Shown piece by piece: positions 9,703-19,574 of a stretch of DNA of 64,000 bases. This DNA comes from Candidatus Altiarchaeota archaeon. GTDB taxonomy: Archaea; Altiarchaeota; Altiarchaeia; IMC4; QMZM01. The stretch is taken from positions 228,468 through 292,467 of the forward strand of contig JAWAEV010000001.1 in assembly GCA_038891095.1 (NCBI GenBank), in the 5' to 3' direction. Under the pieces are notes generated by a model, which did not search any database, had not been told where the DNA came from, and was given only the letters and a program-made list of their open reading frames with translations. The number at the start of each line of letters is the position of its first letter. Position 1 is the stretch's first letter. A program made the position numbers and the translations under genes.

Positions 9703-10051
9703 TTTGACTTCCTTTAGCAATAAATGAAACTCCTAAAATTATGAGAAGAATCCCGAACCATTTAATTGCATTCATTTCATCTGAAGGAAAAAAATATGGA
9801 GAGGCTAAAGATACCCAAACATAACTTAATGAGTAAATTGGATAGAGAATTGAAAGCTCACCATATTTTAAAGCTATTATAAGCAAAATTGCTCCAAAAA
9901 TATAAAAGGAAACGCCTATGATAAATTCTGTATTTAAAAAAAATGGTGATAAAAATAAACTCCTTGATGAAAATTTAAATAGAATTTGTCCAGCAGCAGT
10001 AAACAATGTGCTAAAAAATACAATTGCAATTGCAAGAGGTTTAGTTTTCAT
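9695..10051 (-). CDS. Small EamA/DMT (ArnE/ArnF-like) 4-TM transporter subunit
   Basis: AAGQILFK, ALKYGELSILYPIYSLSY; paralog of the adjacent gene. Start reassigned to ATG 10051. Confidence 0.85.
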   Translation of the reverse strand: MKTKPLAIAIVFFSTLFTAAGQILFKFSSRSLFLSPFFLNTEFIIGVSFYIFGAILLIIALKYGELSILYPIYSLSYVWVSLASPYFFPSDEMNAIKWFGILLIILGVSFIAKGSQNG

Positions 10052-10108
10052 TTTAATGTAAAGGTATATGTCTTTGATGTTTTTATATAGCAACAACCAG
10101 ATGGAGTG

Positions 10109-10828
10109 CTAATTCCTTAAAAAATTAAATCTTATTTTTAATGCTATTAAAATGAACCTCATTATATCAAGGGGGGATAATTTCGATTTACCCTTATAGC
10201 GATCTCTGAAAACTATTGGAACCTCAGAAATTTTAAAGCCTTCTCTTTTAACTCTCGCTAAAATTTCCAGCTGGAATTCATAACCAGAAGACTCTATCTT
10301 TTCAAGTTTAATCCTATCAAAAATTCTTCTGTGATATGCTCTATAACCAGAGGATATATCACTGAGATCGATTCCTGCTATATATCTTCCAAAAAAATTT
10401 CCTGTAATAGAAATGAACTTTCTCAGCTTGCTTTTTGTGGCAAATCTACCATGATTAATTCTTCGTGAGCCTATTACCATGTCATATCCGGAATTAATTT
10501 TTTCTAAAAATTTTGGAATATCTTCAGGCTTATGAGAAAGGTCTGCATCCATTTGAAATATAATATCAGCATTACTTTTAATTGCATTTTTAAAGCCTTC
10601 AATATATGCTGAACCAAGCCCAAGTTTTCTTTTTCTTTCAATAAGAATTACTGAAAATTTATTTTGCAATTTTTTAACTTCTTTTGCAGTTCCATCATCT
10701 GAGGAGTCATCAATAACAATAACTTCGCCATTAATCTTTTCTTTATTAAAAATTTTGAAAATCTTTTGAATTAACAATTTTATATTTTCTCTTTCGTTAT
10801 ATGTTGGCACTACTACTGCAATTTTCAT
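10109..10828 (-). CDS. Polyprenol-monophosphomannose synthase-like GT2 (DPM1 family)
   Basis: VVPTYNEREN, IDDSSDDGT, KLGLGSAY, QMDADLSH, GSRR, SGYRAY, EVPIVFRDR..GKSK. Confidence 0.93.
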   Translation of the reverse strand: MKIAVVVPTYNERENIKLLIQKIFKIFNKEKINGEVIVIDDSSDDGTAKEVKKLQNKFSVILIERKRKLGLGSAYIEGFKNAIKSNADIIFQMDADLSHKPEDIPKFLEKINSGYDMVIGSRRINHGRFATKSKLRKFISITGNFFGRYIAGIDLSDISSGYRAYHRRIFDRIKLEKIESSGYEFQLEILARVKREGFKISEVPIVFRDRYKGKSKLSPLDIMRFILIALKIRFNFLRN

Positions 10829-10872
10829 AATATTAAATCATAATGCTAATATGTTAAAAACATCTTAAAATA

Positions 10873-11553
10873 ATGGAAAATTCAATTTCTGTTATATTGC
10901 CAGCATATAATGAAGAAAAAAATATAAGAAAGGCTGTTGAAAATGCAATTTCTGCACTTGAAAAAATTTCAAAAGATTATGAAGTTATAGTTGTGGATGA
11001 TGGCAGTAAAGATAAAACTGGAAAAATTGCTGACTCTCTTAAGAGTGAAAAAGTTAAGGTGATACACCATGAGAAAAATATGGGCTATGCATCTGCTCTA
11101 AAAACAGGATTTAAAAATGCAGAAAAGGAGCTAATTTTCTTTACAGATGCGGACAATCAATTTGATTTAAATGAATTGAAAAAATTTGTTCCATTAAGTA
11201 AGTACTATGATGTTGTAATTGGCTATAGACTTAATAGGAATGACCCATTGCACAGATTAATAATTTCAAGATGCTATAATTTTCTTATAAGAGCTTTATT
11301 TGGTATTAAAGTTAGGGACATTGACTGTGCATTTAAACTTTTCAGAAAAGAGATTATAAAACATATAGAGATAAAACACAAGGGATGGCTTATAAACACT
11401 GAATTAATGGTAAAAATATTAAAAAAGGGTTATAAATTTAAAGAAGTTCCGGTAATGCATTATCCAAGAACTGAGGGCAAAACAACTGTAAGCTTTAAGA
11501 GCATAATTGAAACTTTTTTTGGACTTATAAGACTTAAAATTGAGTTAATATGA
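10873..11553 (+). CDS. GT2 glycosyltransferase (dolichol-P-sugar synthase type)
   Basis: ILPAYNEEKN, VDDGSKDKT, FTDADNQF, DIDCAFKLF, EVPV.H.PR..G. Confidence 0.92.
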   Translation: MENSISVILPAYNEEKNIRKAVENAISALEKISKDYEVIVVDDGSKDKTGKIADSLKSEKVKVIHHEKNMGYASALKTGFKNAEKELIFFTDADNQFDLNELKKFVPLSKYYDVVIGYRLNRNDPLHRLIISRCYNFLIRALFGIKVRDIDCAFKLFRKEIIKHIEIKHKGWLINTELMVKILKKGYKFKEVPVMHYPRTEGKTTVSFKSIIETFFGLIRLKIELI

Positions 11554-12857
11554 AAATTGCTATTATTGGATCAGGGATAACTGGTCTAACCTCTGGTTAT
11601 AGACTTGTAAAAAAAGGTGCTTCAGTTAAAATTTTTGAAAAAGAAGAAGAAATTGGTGGCTTATTAAGCTCATTTAAATTTCAAAATTTTTATTTGGAGA
11701 GGTATTATCATCACTTCTTTAAGTGCGATTCTGAACTTATAAAGCTAATTGAAGAACTTGGGCTTAAAAGTAAAGTTATATGGAAAGAAACAAAAATGGG
11801 TTTTTTTGTTGATAATGAGGTTTATCCATTTAGTACTCCCTTTGAGCTTTTGAAATTTAAACCAATTTCTTTTTTTGATAGAATAAAATTTGGATTGACA
11901 ATTTTATACTTGCAGAGGAAAAAAACATGGGAAGATCTTGAAAATATTACAGCAAAAGAATGGTTGGAAAAATTTTCTGGAAAAAAAACATATGAACTAC
12001 TATGGAAACCATTACTAAAAATTAAATTTGGTAGCAAATTTGCTGAAAAAATATCTGCTGCATGGATCTGGGGTAGAGTTAATCCAAGAGCAAAATCAAG
12101 ATCTAAAGGCCTTATGAAAGAAGAACTTGGTTATTTGAAAGGAGGTTTTAAATTTTTCTTAGAGAAAATTGAGAATGAAATAGAAAAAGAAAATGGTGAA
12201 ATATTGAAAAACAAAGAAGTGAAAAAAATTGAATTTAAGAAAGATAAAGTGAGAGTTTTTTCAGGGGGTAATGAATATGAATTTGATAAAGTTATTTTTA
12301 CAGCACCTAATCCAGTACTATTAAACTTAACTAAATTAGAAAAAAAATTTAAAGAGAAATTACAGAAGGTAAAGTATCAAAGTGTTATATGCGCAACATT
12401 CTTATTGAGAGAAAGTTTAAGCGATATCTACTGGCTTAACATTTCTGATGAGAAAATCCCATTTGGAGGAGTTATAGAACATACAAATTTTATTCCTAAG
12501 GAAAATTACAATAACTTTTCTGTTGTTTATGTTTTCAATTATATTCAAAAAGAAAGCAGACTTTATAACCTAACAGATGATAGAATAGCTAAAATTTATA
12601 AAAAAGGGTTAAAGAAAATTTTTCCAAATTTTAATGAAAAAATTATTGAGAATGTTTTTATCCATAGGAATGAATATGCAACCCCGATATATGTGAAGAA
12701 TTACTCAAAAATTAAACCAAATTTTTCTACTCCAATAAAAAATTTATTCTTAGCAAATACCTCTATGATTTATCCGTTTGATAGAAATGTTAACAATTCT
12801 GTAAAATTAGGAAATGAAATTGCTGAAATTTGTTTTAATAGTAAATGTCATTCCTGA
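11550..12857 (+). CDS. FAD-dependent oxidoreductase (amine oxidase/protoporphyrinogen oxidase-like fold), GT-cluster associated
   Basis: IAIIGSGITGL, GGL.S, ERYYHHFF, LGYLKGGF, IEHTNF, IYPFDR; translationally coupled to the GT2. Confidence 0.85.
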   Translation: MKIAIIGSGITGLTSGYRLVKKGASVKIFEKEEEIGGLLSSFKFQNFYLERYYHHFFKCDSELIKLIEELGLKSKVIWKETKMGFFVDNEVYPFSTPFELLKFKPISFFDRIKFGLTILYLQRKKTWEDLENITAKEWLEKFSGKKTYELLWKPLLKIKFGSKFAEKISAAWIWGRVNPRAKSRSKGLMKEELGYLKGGFKFFLEKIENEIEKENGEILKNKEVKKIEFKKDKVRVFSGGNEYEFDKVIFTAPNPVLLNLTKLEKKFKEKLQKVKYQSVICATFLLRESLSDIYWLNISDEKIPFGGVIEHTNFIPKENYNNFSVVYVFNYIQKESRLYNLTDDRIAKIYKKGLKKIFPNFNEKIIENVFIHRNEYATPIYVKNYSKIKPNFSTPIKNLFLANTSMIYPFDRNVNNSVKLGNEIAEICFNSKCHS

Positions 12858-14829
12858 AATAAACTGCTAAATTTACAGTAGGCCTTAAGAGATATTTTTT
12901 CATAACATAACCTTCTCTACTCTCTAAAACTTGACCATCATTTTCTGAGAGAATTATTATTGGAGCATTAAAGCGTTCAATTTTATTACCAATCTCAAAG
13001 TCTCCATTTGGAATCAAATTTTCAGTTTTTCCTTTTTCTCTAAGAACTAAATCATCAAAGAAAATTTCTCCTTTTGCTTTTCCCCAATTTGCTAAAACGC
13101 ATGAAATCCAAACAGCGTTCTCATCTTCTGGCAGGAAAAATTCAAATTTTACTTCTGTCCAATTATTTGTTCCTAAGAGGGGATAATTCTCCTTAATTAT
13201 AAATCCCGGCGGGGCTTCACCTTTATCGCTCCTTATATGAATTTGGGCTACTTTTTCAACTTCACCAACTTTAGAAATGTTATTTGTTTTTATCCAACCA
13301 CTAAATTCATAATATTTACCACCATCAACTGGAACTCTTTGCCAGAAATTTGCATTTGCTCCTGTAAGAGAAGAAATTTTCATACTTTTACTGCCACTCT
13401 TTTTCTCAGAAGATGTCCATGAAATCACAGCATCGCCTTCCCAGTTGAAGCCCAACCAATTTTCTGGAACATTTACTTTTTCATTATAAAAACGAACATT
13501 TTTATAATCTCTCAAATACCATGAAAGCGGATACTCTGTCTGAGGAATTGAAATATCAATTTCTATCATTTTTCCTTGAGGAGCTCTCTCAGAGATTCTT
13601 TCAATTTCTTTTAACAATTGCTTAATATCGTCAACCGTCTGAACAAAAACCATTTTGTTCTCTGGCTCATTGTTATAGTTTACAAAATTTGTAATGATTG
13701 AATTTTGGAGTATATAAATAGAAGAAAGAAGTAAGACTAAGTATGTAATTATGAAAAAGTAAATTTTCGCTTTCTTTCTAAATTTATCAATCTTCTCAGA
13801 AAGAAAATCAAAGAAAATCCCGGATGTTAAAATTAGTGGGAATGAGATATTAACAACCATATTTGACATTTTGTATGGTATGTAATGATAAATTGCTATT
13901 GATGTTAATGCAAAGTAAGCGAAAAATCTATGCACTGGCTTCCTTGTAAATATTGTTAAAAAAATTCCCAAAACTCCGAAAATTAATATTGGTAATTCAA
14001 ACTGCATCAAAATTTCAAAATAAAATGTTAATGGTTTATAATAACCTTGACCTGTCTCAATTCTATGAATCCAGTTTGTTATTGGCTTTTTAATTGCTAC
14101 TTCAAGATTATTAAAATTTCTGAAAAAAGAGGTAAAGAGTAAAGTGAATATGAAAATGAAAATTATAATGCAAGAAAAAATTGTCTCTAAATTTTTCTTT
14201 TTTGATATTTCTAAAATTTTATTGTTTGCTTTTCTTTTGTTTTTTATTAGAAGATAGAGAAATTCAAGGAGGAGATAGGAAAAGAAAATAGCAAAAGTTA
14301 TGTAGGCGCTTTCCTTCACAGTAAAGAGAAATGATAAACTTGCTGCTGTTGAATAAGCATAAATTTTTTTCTTTTTTCTAATAAAGAGGAGAAATGAAAC
14401 AATTGTCGCAAATGTAAAGAAAATGAAATAAGAGTCATGTAATGCAAATCTCGAAAAGTATACTAATGATGGTGAAATTGCAAGAAATGCCGAAACTGCA
14501 AGAAAAGAAACTCTTGAGAACTCCTTCCTTATTGGATACATTAAAAAAATTGAAAAAACTCCAAAAATTGCTTCTGTTATTCTAAGGGTGATGTCATTAA
14601 TTCCAAAAAGGAAAAAGATTAACGCAGTTATATGAAAAAGGAAAGGTCCATGAAAATCAGGATTATAGTCATAAATTCCACCACGAAGAATATTTAAAAT
14701 ACCGTGAGCATAACCACCGCCCTCATCAAAGTGTGCAGGCCTTAGGTCAAGTTGATAAATCCTAAGAAATGCTCCAATAAATAAAATAGTAAAAAATAAA
14801 ATCTTTTCTGTTCTCTCACTAAATTCCAT
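12835..14829 (-). CDS. TIGR03663/Agl23-like GT-C membrane protein with an inserted CBM4/9-like domain
   Basis: LRIYQLDLRPAHFDEG, YDYNPDFHGPFL, AISPSLVYFSRF, TVKE, VFVQT, PLSWYLR; beta-sandwich insert at about 12988-13470. Confidence 0.85.
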   Translation of the reverse strand: MEFSERTEKILFFTILFIGAFLRIYQLDLRPAHFDEGGGYAHGILNILRGGIYDYNPDFHGPFLFHITALIFFLFGINDITLRITEAIFGVFSIFLMYPIRKEFSRVSFLAVSAFLAISPSLVYFSRFALHDSYFIFFTFATIVSFLLFIRKKKKIYAYSTAASLSFLFTVKESAYITFAIFFSYLLLEFLYLLIKNKRKANNKILEISKKKNLETIFSCIIIFIFIFTLLFTSFFRNFNNLEVAIKKPITNWIHRIETGQGYYKPLTFYFEILMQFELPILIFGVLGIFLTIFTRKPVHRFFAYFALTSIAIYHYIPYKMSNMVVNISFPLILTSGIFFDFLSEKIDKFRKKAKIYFFIITYLVLLLSSIYILQNSIITNFVNYNNEPENKMVFVQTVDDIKQLLKEIERISERAPQGKMIEIDISIPQTEYPLSWYLRDYKNVRFYNEKVNVPENWLGFNWEGDAVISWTSSEKKSGSKSMKISSLTGANANFWQRVPVDGGKYYEFSGWIKTNNISKVGEVEKVAQIHIRSDKGEAPPGFIIKENYPLLGTNNWTEVKFEFFLPEDENAVWISCVLANWGKAKGEIFFDDLVLREKGKTENLIPNGDFEIGNKIERFNAPIIILSENDGQVLESREGYVMKKYLLRPTVNLAVYFRNDIYY

Positions 14830-17518
14830 TTTTCACTTTGTAAATTTTTGTTTCTATTGTATTATAAACTAAATCTGAAAATTCTAAAAATTTATCAAAA
14901 TTCTCAAGATAGTATTTTTCTCTTTCAAGATTTCCGGCATAAATATAAGAAATATTATACTTTTTTATTAAAGTTAAAATTTCTGTCATGTTTATTTCTT
15001 CTCCCTTCTCATTCTCTTTAACTTTATAGATTGAAATTTCATCAAAGAAAATCTCCCCTTTTGCCTTTCCCCAATTTGCTAAAACGCATGAGATCCAAAC
15101 TGAATTCTCTTGCTCAGGCAAAAAGAATGGAATTTCAACTTTTGTCCAGTAATTAGTTCCGAGCATAGGTACTGACTCAGATATAATATTGCCAGGGGCA
15201 TTATTAAGATCTTCTCTAACATGAATTTGTGCAACTTTTTCAACATCGCCAACTTTAGCAATGTTATTTGTTTTTATCCATGCTTCTAAGATATAACTAT
15301 TGCCCCCTTCAAGATAAATTTTCTGCCAGAAATTTGCATTTGCTCCTACAACTGAGGAAATCTTTATTGCAGTCATCTTTCCTTGTGAGATACCCTCCTC
15401 ATTTCTTGTCAAGAGAGCATCGCCTTCCCACTTTAATTCCTGCCAAGAGTCTGGAATTGAAATTTTTCCAGTTTTTGAGTAACTTCTGTATGAATAAATT
15501 TTGTTCACATCCTGTTTTCTCTTTGAAATTTCTTGTAATTGACTTGGCCTCCATTGTCTTTCATGCCCTTCCCAGCCAAGTAATGTTGGTAGTCCAGTAT
15601 TTGCTGAAACGCAAGATTCCCATCTGAAAGAGTCACCTGGTGCTTCCAAAATTATAGGATTTCCTCTAACATTTTTATTTAACCATTCAATAGCATAAAA
15701 ATCACAGAATTTCATTTGTTTAAGGTATTCCTTTCCATTTAAAGTTGCTATCTTGCCAAAAAATTCAAAATTATTCTTTACTTTTGTATATGTTGCAAGC
15801 GGTAAAAATAAAAGTGAGGAAAAAAGAAGAATTGCAAAAATTCCAAGCCAAATATACTTCTGGAAATTTAAATTTTTTAGAAAATTTTCTTTTAAGTATG
15901 AAAGAGCGTATGCTGCTGACAATGCCATTAAAATCCATATCTGCATTCCTATTTTAAAAACCGTGTTAACTCTTTCAAGACTACCTGTGAAAGCATCATC
16001 AATAAAGAAAAACTCAATTGCAAGAGCTAAAGAAAATGCAAAAATTGCAAGAATTAAAGAGAAAATTTTTTCCTTGTTCTCAAAATTTCTCAAAGTTAAG
16101 ATAAAAGAAAAAAGAGATAAGAAAATTAAAATTAATAAGAGAAAGATAAGGGCAAATGAGCTATGAAAGAAAAATGTCAATGTAGCTACCCCAAAAAATA
16201 TACTGAATATAAAAAGTTCTTTTATTGAAAATCCAAGAAAACTAAATTTATATTTAATATCAAAAATGAGAAAACTCAGAAGGATATAAATAAACAAGCC
16301 ATAGATTATAAGAAAATATTGCAACTCTGTTCTTTCTTTAACTATTGCTATTGGCCTTGCAGGGCTAAAACTAAGATAGTAAGGTAAGAAAAAGATAAAA
16401 GAAAACGCTATAATGGCTGAGGAAATAAAAATTGAATTTTTCAAAAATTCAAAATTTTTTCTTCTCTTTTTTTCTAAAGTTAAAAATTGCTGTGTTGCTA
16501 TTGAAAAAATTCCCAAAAGCAAGTAAGTTGGAAAATCCCATGAGTTAACAAATGAAAGGGCACCTAATGAAATTGAAAAAATTGAAAATGACAAAATTTT
16601 CTCCTCTGCTGTAATTCCGAATAAATTGAAATTTTTTCCCTTTGACAAGAAAAAGTTCAGAGTTAGCAATATCACAGCAATTGTAAATGGAATTGCAATG
16701 ACATGTGGATGTAAATCACCATGTAGAAAACTCCAATATGGAAATTCATTTATTGTTCCTGGGATTATGTAATGGGCTGAAGGCCAATAGTCAAAAGGCA
16801 AAATTTTTTCTTCAAGAAAAATTTGTATTATCGCTCTGAAATTTCCAACTATGCCAACAAGAAATAAGCCGAAAAAACCATATTTTATTTTTTTTGTTAG
16901 ATTATAAATCACACTAAATGATAGCAAGAGTGTCAATGAAAACAAAGTTGCTAATGCTAAATTAAAAGTTATTCCAGAATCTATCAAAGAAATTTTTGTC
17001 AAAGTTGCTATCATAAGGTAGCCAAAATAATAATACTGCAAGGGATAACCAGTAAACCACGGGTCGTTCAATGGAAATTTTTCAGTTCTTAATAAACCAT
17101 TTAGAATCATAAAATCCTGATATTTCTCTGCATCAAGAATTGAATTATCGTAATAACGAACAACTGTGAAAAACAAAAATGCCAAAAGGAAAATCAACTC
17201 ATAAGTCAGGAGAAGTTTTTTATTCTTTTTAAAAAATGCAAAAATTTCTAAAATATTTTTATTAAAAAAATAAATTGAAAGTAATGTTATGAAGAACAGT
17301 GATGTAAGTATAGTTACTATATTGTATAGAATAATTCCTTGACTAATGCTAACTGAAATCCATGTCAAATAGGTCACAAAAAGAATTGAAATTATTTTCG
17401 AGAGAGCATAACCTCTATCATGGAGATTTTTCGAAATTGTGAAGATTAATGGAAATGTTACCACGCCCAAAATTTCTAAAATGAAAAACCATATTGTAAC
17501 TGCTATGAAGTCGGACAT
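14819..17518 (-). CDS. DUF2298 (Chlor_Arch_YYY, TIGR03662-like) GT-C membrane protein with an inserted CBM4/9-like domain
   Basis: EKYQDF, DPWFTG..LQYYYFG, TINEFPYWSFLHGDLHPH, NSWDFPTY, NTVFK, TGLPTLLGW.GHE.QWR, YIYAG.LER. Confidence 0.9.
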   Translation of the reverse strand: MSDFIAVTIWFFILEILGVVTFPLIFTISKNLHDRGYALSKIISILFVTYLTWISVSISQGIILYNIVTILTSLFFITLLSIYFFNKNILEIFAFFKKNKKLLLTYELIFLLAFLFFTVVRYYDNSILDAEKYQDFMILNGLLRTEKFPLNDPWFTGYPLQYYYFGYLMIATLTKISLIDSGITFNLALATLFSLTLLLSFSVIYNLTKKIKYGFFGLFLVGIVGNFRAIIQIFLEEKILPFDYWPSAHYIIPGTINEFPYWSFLHGDLHPHVIAIPFTIAVILLTLNFFLSKGKNFNLFGITAEEKILSFSIFSISLGALSFVNSWDFPTYLLLGIFSIATQQFLTLEKKRRKNFEFLKNSIFISSAIIAFSFIFFLPYYLSFSPARPIAIVKERTELQYFLIIYGLFIYILLSFLIFDIKYKFSFLGFSIKELFIFSIFFGVATLTFFFHSSFALIFLLLILIFLSLFSFILTLRNFENKEKIFSLILAIFAFSLALAIEFFFIDDAFTGSLERVNTVFKIGMQIWILMALSAAYALSYLKENFLKNLNFQKYIWLGIFAILLFSSLLFLPLATYTKVKNNFEFFGKIATLNGKEYLKQMKFCDFYAIEWLNKNVRGNPIILEAPGDSFRWESCVSANTGLPTLLGWEGHERQWRPSQLQEISKRKQDVNKIYSYRSYSKTGKISIPDSWQELKWEGDALLTRNEEGISQGKMTAIKISSVVGANANFWQKIYLEGGNSYILEAWIKTNNIAKVGDVEKVAQIHVREDLNNAPGNIISESVPMLGTNYWTKVEIPFFLPEQENSVWISCVLANWGKAKGEIFFDEISIYKVKENEKGEEINMTEILTLIKKYNISYIYAGNLEREKYYLENFDKFLEFSDLVYNTIETKIYKVKNGI

Positions 17519-17606
17519 TTTTAGTAAGTATTTATCTTAATGTATAAAAAAAATAGTATTATAAAGACAAATTTACATTTGGATTTATATTTGGCTCACA
17601 TAAATT

Positions 17607-19574
17607 ATGAAAAGCAATAAGAAAAAATATGTTGTACTCCTTTTTGTTTTAACGCTCTATATTTTTGCACGCCTTATTGTTTTGTTTGGTTCAAGTTCAG
17701 ATAAACTATATTTCTGGGAGGAATGCCATAGGGGAACTATAGCAAAAGAGATAATTGAAGGCCAGATTTTCAATCTATTTGAATATCAATGGACTCCATA
17801 TGAGGGTGGTTCTCTCTTAGAGGGAATTTTAGCTGTTCCTTTCTTCTTAATCTTGGGTCAAACTGGTTTTTCACTAAAGTTAGTTGCTCTTGTTTTTTCA
17901 ATTGGTACATTAATAGTAACCTATTCGTTTCTCTATAAATTTTTCAATTTGAAATCAGCAGCTATTGCATCCTTACTACTGATTTTTTCCCCGCAGTATT
18001 ATACAGTAAGCACGCTCATAACACAGGGCAATTACGTTGAATCCATGTTTTTCAGTCTTTGTATTATGTATCTCTTTTACCAGATATTTTTTGATAAGAA
18101 AATCAGCTACAAATACTTCGCACTATTTGGTTTTTTATGTGGATTTGCTCTCTGGTTTCACTATATAAATCTGGTTATGATTACTCTCTGTATTCTCTTT
18201 TGGTTTATCTTTGACAAAATATTTTTCCTAAGAAAAAAGTTTCTTGTTTTTATTATTTTCTTCGCCATTGGTTTTAGTCCATTCATCTACTACGGAGCAA
18301 CTCACGAGTTTAAAAATTTAGATATGTTCAAACAGGGTATAACTGATCAAGGCATTAATCTAGAGAAAGTTACACAAGCATCTAAAAAATTTGAAAAGAT
18401 TGTTGTTCATGGTATCGTTGATTCACTATACTTTCCAAATTTTTTCTTTATAAATGGGAGATTCGTTTCACATTTTTACTACATGATATTCTTAGTTTCT
18501 GTTGGCTTTGTTTTTTGGATAAATAAAAAGTCTATAGTCCAAATTCTTTTGAGTTTGATACCTTTAAAGAGATTCCAAATTCTACCACAGAATGTTAGAA
18601 AAGAGTTATTCGTTCTTTCGTACTTTGTTTTATATATCTTAATTTACAGTTATAGCAGGTATGAATATTGCTGTCCCTATCGCGTTGATATTTTAGAGTG
18701 GGTTCCAGTGCATAAATATAAACTCCTGCTTTATCCTTTCATGTTTATCTTGCTTGCGATATTCACAGCAAAACTATATGAAAGCAAAATAGCATCCTAT
18801 AAAGTTCTGTCAGTTACGGTTTTGCTATCGTTTCTAGCAATTGGTTTTTACAGCAACTTGAGTCTTATTTCAATTGAAAAGCTAAGCAGTGCATATTATG
18901 TTAGACATGAAACATATGAACCTTATTGCTATGGAGGTTACGAGTATAGATTTTGGGGTGAAAACTGGAATTGGGAGCAGTCATGCAGTGACTTAAAGTA
19001 TGAGTATGAAAATTGTGCTATGATGGATGAAGAAAACCAAGTTTATTGCAATGAGGTAGTTACATGGGTTTTGAACTGGAGATGTAATTTCAATGCACTT
19101 CAAAAATTCCAAGAATGCAGAAACTCAAAAGAATGGAAAACTTCTTGCTTCAAAAATTTTGCCATGATTATTGGCTGGAGACATGGCTTAGAGCTAGATG
19201 AAGGTGTAAAAGTGTGTGGTAAGTTCGTTCCAGAGTACAGGGACTCTTGCTATCTTGGACTTGGATGGATTCAAGGATGGTTAAATTTAAAAAATCCGGA
19301 ACTTGCTCTAAAAGACATTAGTGGGACAGACAAAAGATCTGAAGAATTTTACAGAAGAGGAGTTGCAAATTTCTTAGGTTGGCGATATAAAACAGTTGAG
19401 AAATGCAAAAATTTGGATGCCAGTATAGTTGAGTATTGCCACGATGGCTTAAGCGAGAACTTTGCAGAAAATATTCCGAAATTGCTGTACATAGACCACG
19501 AAATATGCTACAAAATTCCTGAGGAATATCGGGACACTTGTCTTGAGTACAACAATCGAATTTTCACAAGATGA
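17607..19574 (+). CDS. ArnT/PMT-like (GT39/GT83-type) GT-C membrane protein with Cys-rich C-terminal repeats
   Basis: N-terminal TM followed by FWEE acidic loop, about 11 TM helices, G...G.A.W.H motif, soluble Cys-rich tail. Confidence 0.7.
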   Translation: MKSNKKKYVVLLFVLTLYIFARLIVLFGSSSDKLYFWEECHRGTIAKEIIEGQIFNLFEYQWTPYEGGSLLEGILAVPFFLILGQTGFSLKLVALVFSIGTLIVTYSFLYKFFNLKSAAIASLLLIFSPQYYTVSTLITQGNYVESMFFSLCIMYLFYQIFFDKKISYKYFALFGFLCGFALWFHYINLVMITLCILFWFIFDKIFFLRKKFLVFIIFFAIGFSPFIYYGATHEFKNLDMFKQGITDQGINLEKVTQASKKFEKIVVHGIVDSLYFPNFFFINGRFVSHFYYMIFLVSVGFVFWINKKSIVQILLSLIPLKRFQILPQNVRKELFVLSYFVLYILIYSYSRYEYCCPYRVDILEWVPVHKYKLLLYPFMFILLAIFTAKLYESKIASYKVLSVTVLLSFLAIGFYSNLSLISIEKLSSAYYVRHETYEPYCYGGYEYRFWGENWNWEQSCSDLKYEYENCAMMDEENQVYCNEVVTWVLNWRCNFNALQKFQECRNSKEWKTSCFKNFAMIIGWRHGLELDEGVKVCGKFVPEYRDSCYLGLGWIQGWLNLKNPELALKDISGTDKRSEEFYRRGVANFLGWRYKTVEKCKNLDASIVEYCHDGLSENFAENIPKLLYIDHEICYKIPEEYRDTCLEYNNRIFTR

